NCBI RefSeq assembly: GCF_000014265.1
Contig: NC_008312.1
Coordinates: 360,001-392,000, forward strand
DNA length: 32,000 nt
Reading direction: 5' to 3'
DNA from: Trichodesmium erythraeum IMS101
GTDB lineage: Bacteria > Cyanobacteriota > Cyanobacteriia > Cyanobacteriales > Microcoleaceae
Under the pieces are notes generated by a model. The model was not told where the DNA came from. It did no database searches and saw only the letters and a program-made list of their open reading frames with translations. The translations under genes and the position numbers were made by a program. Positions within the stretch are counted from its first letter, which is position 1; each line of letters starts with the position of its first letter. Positions 8,591 to 15,810 of this stretch are shown here, piece after piece.

Positions 8591-8910
8591 ATTAGGTAAA
8601 TAGCAGTCTCTAGGACTAGGAATGAAAAAATCAGCTTCAATATTTCAAGACTCTTATTTCAGTAGGGCCTACTTATAACCAAACTTATCCTATCCCAAAT
8701 AGTTAATTTATTTACTCAATCTGTTAACAAAGAATCCTTTTGATATAAATGAAATATAAGCGCAATTAAATCGATAATAACATCAATTTTTACAAAAAGG
8801 ACAAAAAATAATATTTGTAAATTAATGGGGCATTAAGCCTCATTAATTTACCGTCAATTTATCTCACGAACTGCTCACAGATTATTCTGCTAGATTTCTC
8901 AATACTCTAG

Positions 8911-11385
8911 CTAATTAGAGGCAATTCTAGAAGGAAGATAGGCCATAGGGTCTACTGCTCCATTCCCCTGAGGATGAATTTCAAAGTGTAAATGTGGTCC
9001 AGTGCTACGGCCTGTACTCCCCATTTTAGCGATTAGCTCACCCTGAGACACTTTTTGACCTTCTCTAACCAAAATCTCGCTGTTATGAGCATAAAGTGTG
9101 AGACTACCATTGGGATGCTTAATTTCCACTAGATAACCGTAACCACTGCCGTCCCAATCAGCATAAGTAACAATACCAGGAGCTGCTGCAACAATTGGAG
9201 TCCCAGTAGGTGCTCCTATATCAATACCCCTATGCATTCTTCCCCATCGCCAACCATAACCTGATGTAAGAATTCCTCTTGCCGGCCAGGTATACCCAGT
9301 AAATTGCATTGAGCCACCAGGTAAATAAGAATCAGGTTTACCCAAGGGTGGCAAATCTGGAGAAACCATTTTTCCGATTGAAGGATTATTAAGAATCTGC
9401 TCTGGGTTATAAGTTTCTGGTGCTGCTGCCATACGCGATGACTCTTGAGATTCACTAATTTCATCTTCTACCACAGATCCAACTGGAATATAAGTTTCTG
9501 GTGCTGTTGGTATAAGGGATGACTCTTGAGATTCAATAATTTCATCTTCTTCCATAGATCCAACCAGAACTATAGCAGTATTTTTTCTTTCTAGTCCGTT
9601 AGCTGCTATCTCTTCAGGCCATTGTCTGGTAGTGGGGTTACTAATTTCTCGTTTCTCAGTTGGCTTGAAGGATCCATTGTTAAAGTTCTGATCTATAGGA
9701 AATTGATCATTAACAGATAAATTATTTTCTGAAGATAGTGCTTCAGGTACTGAGGTATTTATTGATTCTAAATTGGTGAGCTGAGATTGTTCAAAATCTT
9801 TTTGATCATTATATTCCTGTCGTAACCTATCAATTTCTGACCTTAAACGATTTGTATAAGGATTTTCTTGATTATCAGTTATTGTTAATTCACGATCTTG
9901 AATATCTCTATCCATTAGCAATAACTGAACAGGTTGCTTGTTACTAAGATGGATTTGGTTTTCTAAATGTGTAGAAGAATTTGACCCGGATACTTTTGAT
10001 GTTAGATTAGTAGGCCAGACTTTACCATTAACGAGAGGAGTTTTGGGGCTATATGTATTAACGGACTGTCTTGAAGTTATAAATTCTTTTGACTTATGAT
10101 CTATTTGATAGTCTTGGTCTGTAGCTTGAGGGGAAGAAATCAGATGTGAACTGTCTTTTATTGAAGCTAATGGTTCACTTGTATTAAGTCTATTATATGA
10201 TGGAGCATCAGATTCTATTATAGATGTCTTAGCTTCTGGAAAATCAAAGTGATTGTTTGTCGTCTCAAGAGTTGGTTGTACAAATTCTTGTTTTTCAGAA
10301 GAATTTGATTCTAGGTGAGTAGAGTTTCCACCTCTATAACTTGTTAGAGTTAATGATTGAGAAGGTAATTGCTGAGGAATTTTCAGTAATTTTGCAACTT
10401 CAATTCGGTCTGGATCTTGAATTTGATTAAATTTAGCCAATAATCCAACAGATACATTGTGCTCATTAGCAATTAAACTCAATGTGTCCCCAAAACGAAC
10501 TTTGTACATTAATGAAACTTGTGTAGATGTTATCTCTGAATCAATAACTACTGCTTCTAGTTTTCTTCCTTCAGTTTCAATGGACTCTTGAGAAATATCT
10601 GTTTGATTCTCAGCTACTTGTTTAGTATCAGAATTATTATTTAGCTTAGGGGAAGCAATTTCTAGTGATGTTTTGGGAACAACTAAATTTTCTGATTTCT
10701 GAGATATATTTTTTTCTAGTAATTTCTTTTTTGATAAGTCAAAAGGCTTGTGTACAGGCTCAGAAACAAACTCCTCATACTTCGACTCCACCAAAATTTT
10801 TGCTGGGGGTTTTTTTTGTTCTTGAATAGGGTTAATTCCTGTTTTGAACTTCTCAAATAGCTTGAAATCATTACCCAGAGCTTTCTTACCTTGTAATTTG
10901 CCCAGAGATCCTAAAGAAGGCAACTTATTGATTTGTCCTGGTATCAACTTTTTCGGTTTAAGTTCCACAGGGGAAAAAGAAGCCCCTAGTTTTTGGCCCA
11001 AAGGTAAAACGGTTTCAGATTGAGTTACACCTGCTTCATAACTACTATTTCTTTGAGTATCTAGATATCCCAATTGTGTCAGCAGTAAACTTTTTTGGCT
11101 ATTAACCCCAGCACCATTTAGTTCTAAAATTCTTGCTTGATAAGAATATGATTGAAGTTTATCTACTTGAGGAAGTTCTGCTGCTACTGCAGAGTCATCA
11201 TCTCCAGGGAAGATCATGACTGATGTACCCATTGTAGTTGAGATAGCAGCAAGTCCAATCATTGCAGCTGAGGAACAAGCCTTAGTACTATCTACATTTG
11301 TTTGTTTGAGCTGTTCCATACTTGCTTTTGTGTGAAGTTCACACTGAGCAACAGACTTAGTTTGATTCGGAAATGTTCGTTTCAT
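8911..11385 (-). CDS. LysM-domain M23-family (lysostaphin-like) metallopeptidase with a long low-complexity linker
   Basis: LysM segment YKVRFGDTLSLIANEHNVSVGLLAKFNQIQDPDRIEVAKLLKIP. C-terminal M23 domain HRGIDIGAPTGTPIVAAAPGIV...YAHNSEILVREGQKVSQGELIAKMGSTGRSTGPHLHFEIH. AGGAGG lies 6-7 nt upstream of the ATG at 11385, and there is an N-terminal hydrophobic segment. Confidence 0.85.
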   Translation of the reverse strand: MKRTFPNQTKSVAQCELHTKASMEQLKQTNVDSTKACSSAAMIGLAAISTTMGTSVMIFPGDDDSAVAAELPQVDKLQSYSYQARILELNGAGVNSQKSLLLTQLGYLDTQRNSSYEAGVTQSETVLPLGQKLGASFSPVELKPKKLIPGQINKLPSLGSLGKLQGKKALGNDFKLFEKFKTGINPIQEQKKPPAKILVESKYEEFVSEPVHKPFDLSKKKLLEKNISQKSENLVVPKTSLEIASPKLNNNSDTKQVAENQTDISQESIETEGRKLEAVVIDSEITSTQVSLMYKVRFGDTLSLIANEHNVSVGLLAKFNQIQDPDRIEVAKLLKIPQQLPSQSLTLTSYRGGNSTHLESNSSEKQEFVQPTLETTNNHFDFPEAKTSIIESDAPSYNRLNTSEPLASIKDSSHLISSPQATDQDYQIDHKSKEFITSRQSVNTYSPKTPLVNGKVWPTNLTSKVSGSNSSTHLENQIHLSNKQPVQLLLMDRDIQDRELTITDNQENPYTNRLRSEIDRLRQEYNDQKDFEQSQLTNLESINTSVPEALSSENNLSVNDQFPIDQNFNNGSFKPTEKREISNPTTRQWPEEIAANGLERKNTAIVLVGSMEEDEIIESQESSLIPTAPETYIPVGSVVEDEISESQESSRMAAAPETYNPEQILNNPSIGKMVSPDLPPLGKPDSYLPGGSMQFTGYTWPARGILTSGYGWRWGRMHRGIDIGAPTGTPIVAAAPGIVTYADWDGSGYGYLVEIKHPNGSLTLYAHNSEILVREGQKVSQGELIAKMGSTGRSTGPHLHFEIHPQGNGAVDPMAYLPSRIASN
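9408..9569 (-). repeat. In-frame tandem duplication (2 x 81 bp, 27 aa) inside the M23 peptidase gene
   Basis: tataagtttctggtgctg... starts at 9408 and again at 9489. The encoded copies are VLVGSMEEDEIIESQESSLIPTAPETY and IPVGSVVEDEISESQESSRMAAAPETY. Confidence 0.85.
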
Positions 11386-12180
11386 AGAACGACCTCCTAT
11401 TGAAAAACGTTTAAATGTCTTAAGCCTTATTTATTAAGAATGATCTGGGTCACTTAAGTTTATATGTCCAGATCACTTTTAGTTAGAGACTTAGGCTAGG
11501 TTATCTTGCTTTGAGAAAAAAAGCAAGGATAATTTTAACTGAATTTTCATGTTATGAGCAAAATTAAAGAAAATAATTAACTTTTGATGAAGTATCAGCC
11601 TATTATAGAGCCTAATTTTTGAATCTAGTTTTCTATTACTCTATTTTCTATTGATAATTAGTCCAGTTATTTTTTTCTATATTTTCTTTTGTTTACTTCT
11701 ACATAAAGAACCCTCTACTTTTGCAGGAGGATTTCAGGAAGAAATATAATCTAAATTATTGGTATACAACAACTTGTTGTTTTTAACAATTGCTAGAGTA
11801 ATAAAAATTTTTTATATGTATAGACTGAGGTTTGCCAATCAACTATCAAAGTCTTGGTAAATGAAGGTTTTAGTCTTGGGCCGTAGAAAAAAGTCTGAGC
11901 TTTTCTGTAGCTCTTGCTCAGATAAGTTAGCATTATGAACAAAATAATTTTAGAAGGCAGCAAGGGACAAATTAGATATGACTACCTCCTCTATAATTTA
12001 ATCTTCCTACTAAGTGTATAAACGCCCTTATGCAATGATCCTACCTACTCCCCTTACTTCTTCAGGAAACCCTAGAGTAGAGATCACATAACAGTTCTTA
12101 TGGTAGCTGTGTAGAAAAATCTGTAGAATTGCTCAACAGCTCCACAGGGATTTTAATTTTTGAGTAATAAAATTAAGATT

Positions 12181-12642
12181 CTAACTCAGATAACCCAATT
12201 GACGCCTGGCCTCAAACAAACCTAACGCAGCACTTACAGAAAGATTTAAACTACGAACGTTTGGCTGAGTCATTGGTATATATAAAGTTGCACTACAATA
12301 GTTCAAGACATCTTTTGGTAGTCCATTAGTTTCGGAACCAAATAATAGCCAATCATTTGTTTGATATTGAAATTTGGTATAATTTAATTTTCCCATCTTA
12401 CTGAAGCCAATGAGTCTTCCACCAAGTTTATGGTGATAGACTTTAAACTCTGCCCAGTCATTGTGATAGTTAAGTTTGACATAAGGCCAGTAGTCTAAAC
12501 CAGCACGTTTCAAATAGCGATCGCTAATTTCAAAACCTAAAGGTCCGACTAGATGTAATTCGGTTTTGGTAGCAGCACAAGTACGAGCAACATTACCTGT
12601 ATTTTGGGGAATTTGTGGATAGACTAGGACAATATTAGGCAT
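12181..12642 (-). CDS. trmL: tRNA (cytidine/uridine-34 2'-O)-methyltransferase TrmL (SpoU/TrmH family)
   Basis: The 153-aa ORF MPNIVLVYPQIPQNTGNVARTCAATKTELHLVGPLGFEISDRYLKRAGLDYW...LFGSETNGLP...IPM...RSLNLSVSAALGLFEARRQLGY is colinear with E. coli TrmL (YibK) as I recall it. Confidence 0.88.
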   Translation of the reverse strand: MPNIVLVYPQIPQNTGNVARTCAATKTELHLVGPLGFEISDRYLKRAGLDYWPYVKLNYHNDWAEFKVYHHKLGGRLIGFSKMGKLNYTKFQYQTNDWLLFGSETNGLPKDVLNYCSATLYIPMTQPNVRSLNLSVSAALGLFEARRQLGYLS

Positions 12643-12832
12643 GAAACGAATGAAATATTTTGACGTCCATCAAATCAGAACGAGTAAAAAGGTTTATTGA
12701 TGGATATATATTTTGACAGGGAATCAATTAGGGCCGCTTTAACAAATCAGGAGATTCAAAATCCCAAGTAGAAACTTTCAAAAAACTATATAGGTTTTGA
12801 TCCAGTCAACCCTTTTCTGATTTTTTGGGAGC

Positions 12833-12873
12833 AAACCCTAATTAATTAAGGGTAGCTAATTAATCTCAAAAAC
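12833..12873 (+). repeat. Small palindrome-containing repeat family, copy c
   Basis: AAACCCTAATTAATTAAGGGTAGCTAATTAATCTCAAAAAC is preceded by gattttttgggagc. It is a near-palindrome, CCCTAATTAATTAAGGG, in the same orientation as copies a and b. Confidence 0.5.
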
Positions 12874-12970
12874 TTATATAATCAGTATTTGAAGCATTTT
12901 TATCAAAAATTGTGCTTAAAGTTGCATAAATTATAAATCAAAAACTAAGGCATCTATTTTATATGGGCTA

Positions 12971-15488
12971 GTGCGACTCGCTGGCCACTAAACCAGGAAA
13001 CTGGGTATAAATGGCCGTTCTAAATCAATACATAGGACACCCCGATTTGGAATAACTCTTATTACCTTGATAGTGTAATTCTATCCACCTTGTTGTTGGG
13101 TTGACAGCATAGGCCACAGGGTAGCGACTGAACATCAATCCCTGAAGCTGGTCTAAAAGCGGGAAAATACCAGTTACCGAGGAACGATACCGCAAGCAAA
13201 GGTTGACAAGTGGACGAACAGGAAGGTAATTAAACTCTCGTAAATTGAAACCGTTCCTAAGGTAGCTATGGGATGTAGGACGAAAGTCAGAGGGTTAATG
13301 GACATAATTATTAGTTCGATTATGTCAACAACCATATTAATCCCTCCGGGAGATTTTACCCCACTAAATCAATCGTAATAAAGGAATAAGGGAACGAGGA
13401 AACCTCTTTAAGACACCTAAGTAAATAGGTCGAAAGCTTAGGAAGCCATTCAAGGTTAATCTACACAAAGTTGTAGGTTTTAAGGAGAGTAGGATTGAGT
13501 AAGAAGCATATTATGCAGACGTACTCACTGTTAGACGTAATATAGAGTAATGATTAGTCATGAATAAAGCTGAAATACTAAAAAGAAAATTGGACAATCC
13601 AAGGCCCTTTTCAAGTGTGGCATGGGACACGTACGATATACCTAACCAGGTTTGTGTTAATCCCAATCTCAAATGGAAAGACATCAACTGGAAAAAGGTA
13701 GAAAAGTATGTGTTTAAGTTACAAAAGTTAATCTATAGAGCATCCAGCCGTGGCGAAATCCGCAAAATGCGTAAATACCAAAAACTTCTGACCAAAAGTT
13801 ATTATGCAAGGTTGCTAGCTGTTAGGCGTGTGACTCAGGACAACCAAGGAAAGAAAACTGCTGGTATAGATGGTATAAAAAGCCTTCCCCCAATGCAGAG
13901 GTTGAACCTGGTAGAAATGTTAGGGTCACGATTTCTTAAAGCAAGCCCAATCCGTAGAGTCTGGATACCAAAACCAGGTAGAGAAGAAAAACGTCCACTA
14001 GGCATACCCACTATGTATGATAGGGCACTTCAAGCACTGGTAAAGTTAGGCATGGAACCAGAATGGGAAGCACTTTTTGAACCTAATAGTTATGGTTTTA
14101 GACCAGGACGGTCAACATACGATGCTATTGCAGCAATCTATGTCAGTATTAACCACAAACCAAAATATGTTTTAGATGCTGACATATCCAAATGTTTTGA
14201 CCGAATTAACCATGATGCACTGTTGGGAAAAATAGGAAAATCCCCATATAGAAAATTAGTTAAACAATGGCTAAAATCCGGGGTATTTGACAATAAACAA
14301 TTCTCAAACACTGTGGAAGGTACACCACAGGGAGGGGTAATATCACCCTTGCTAGCAAACATCGCCCTACACGGTATGGAAAAATGCCTAGAAGATTATG
14401 CAGAAACCCTCCCAGGGACAAAGCGTGATAATCAAAGAGCATTATCCTTAATACGATATGCCGATGACTTTGTAATCCTACATAAAGACATCAAAGTATT
14501 GTTACAAGCAAAAACTGTAATACAGGAATGGTTAAACCAAGTAGGGTTAGAACTAAAACCAGAAAAAACCAAAATTGCCCACACTCTGGAAGAATATGAA
14601 GGAAATAAACCCGGATTTGACTTTCTAGGATTTACAATAAGGCAATGGAAAGGTAAGACAACCAAACAAGGATTCAAAACACTGATTAAGCCATCATCTA
14701 AGAGTATTAAAACTCATTATCGGAAGCTGGCGGATATAGGTGACACCTACAAAACCGTCCCTACAAAAGCTCTAATAGCTAAACTTAATCCGGTAATTAG
14801 AGGATGGGCCAACTACTTTTCCACCGTAGTCAGTAAAGAGGTATATAATAAATTAGACTACCTTCTATGGGAAAGATTAGGTCGATGGGCAAGTAGACGG
14901 CATCCAAACAAGTCAGCCAAATGGGTCAAGAATAAGTATTTTCCTCGCTGCAAAGTCACCAGAAACTGGTTACTTAACGACGGCGAATATATACTTAACC
15001 AACACTCAGACGCTGCCATAAAAAGGCACGTCAAGGTAAAAGGCAATAAATCCCCATTAGACGGTGATTTGACTTATTGGAGTAGTAGAATCGGCAAACA
15101 CCCAGGTGTAAGGAAAGAAGTCACAACGCTGTTAAAACGGCAAAAGAATAAATGCGCATTTTGTGGACTAACCTTTAGATCAAATGACCTCATGGAAATA
15201 GACCATATAAAACCAAAGTCTGAAGGCGGTGATAACTCAATTAAAAACAAGCAACTGTTACACCGACATTGCCACGATACTAAAACTGCTTTAGATAATA
15301 AAACATACACAAAACCTAAGTTACAGGATTTACCTGATGAATACCTATGGGTAAATGATATGTTAATTCTAAAACAGGGATGTACCTATGAAAAAGGACG
15401 TTTAGGAGAGAAGCCGGATGAGGTGAAAGTCTCACGTCCGGTTTTGAAGACGAGTCGGGTAAGGTAACTTACCTGGCGAATGTTTAAC
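12971..15488 (+). mobile_element. Full-length group II intron, copy 1 (ribozyme domains I-VI plus IEP)
   Basis: The 5' end GTGCGACTCG is at 12971. Domain V is at 15411-15444 (AAGCCGGATGAGGTGAAAGTCTCACGTCCGGTTT), with the AGC triad, a GAAA tetraloop and a 2-nt bulge. The domain VI hairpin GGTAAG-GTAA-CTTACC is at 15458-15473 and the 3' end is ...TGTTTAAC. Homology to the inverted copy starts and stops exactly at 12971 and 15488. Confidence 0.9.
13560..15467 (+). CDS. Group II intron-encoded protein: reverse transcriptase / maturase (X) / HNH endonuclease
   Basis: RT blocks are RRVWIPKPGREEKRPLGIPTMYDRALQ, NSYGFRPGRSTYDA, LDADISKCFD, PQGGVISPLLANI and YADDFVIL. The X-domain motif is LNPVIRGWANYF. 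The HNH motif is CAFCG...EIDHIKPKSEGGDN...HRHCHDTKT. Confidence 0.93.
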   Translation: MNKAEILKRKLDNPRPFSSVAWDTYDIPNQVCVNPNLKWKDINWKKVEKYVFKLQKLIYRASSRGEIRKMRKYQKLLTKSYYARLLAVRRVTQDNQGKKTAGIDGIKSLPPMQRLNLVEMLGSRFLKASPIRRVWIPKPGREEKRPLGIPTMYDRALQALVKLGMEPEWEALFEPNSYGFRPGRSTYDAIAAIYVSINHKPKYVLDADISKCFDRINHDALLGKIGKSPYRKLVKQWLKSGVFDNKQFSNTVEGTPQGGVISPLLANIALHGMEKCLEDYAETLPGTKRDNQRALSLIRYADDFVILHKDIKVLLQAKTVIQEWLNQVGLELKPEKTKIAHTLEEYEGNKPGFDFLGFTIRQWKGKTTKQGFKTLIKPSSKSIKTHYRKLADIGDTYKTVPTKALIAKLNPVIRGWANYFSTVVSKEVYNKLDYLLWERLGRWASRRHPNKSAKWVKNKYFPRCKVTRNWLLNDGEYILNQHSDAAIKRHVKVKGNKSPLDGDLTYWSSRIGKHPGVRKEVTTLLKRQKNKCAFCGLTFRSNDLMEIDHIKPKSEGGDNSIKNKQLLHRHCHDTKTALDNKTYTKPKLQDLPDEYLWVNDMLILKQGCTYEKGRLGEKPDEVKVSRPVLKTSRVR

Positions 15489-15810
15489 TTTACTTCAGTT
15501 GTGGGCTAACCTGATACCGGACTAGAAAATTTTAAACTTTTGTTGAATGTCCAATTATCCACATACCAATTTCTAGAGAATAATGGCTAGCTTTAATTCC
15601 TTGGTCTTAATGGACTAATGAAGCCGAATCTGGAATTAATTTTTTATTATTGAGCAGATCCAGAATTGTTTTTCATAATAGCACTGGGAGCCTGAGTAGG
15701 AATGAAAAAAACTAGGGATAAGTAATAGAAAAACAGCAGAGCAAATTATAGAAAACTCTGATTGACAAGAGTTATATCACTCAAAAATACTATATAAATG
15801 AAGCTGTATT

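Noticed and set aside
14138-15310. Five minus-strand ORFs inside IEP copy 1, and the mirror set on the + strand of copy 2 (15980-16843, 17609-17818)
   Set aside because: They are antisense shadow ORFs of the RT/maturase genes. Their apparent conservation between loci only reflects that the two introns are homologous.
8611-15710. Shared 14-mer taggaatgaaaaaa (near 8611 and 15693) and shared 11-mer atcagcaaact (5237 and 5562)
   Set aside because: By rough estimate, matches of this length are expected many times by chance between two strands of 32 kb of AT-rich DNA.
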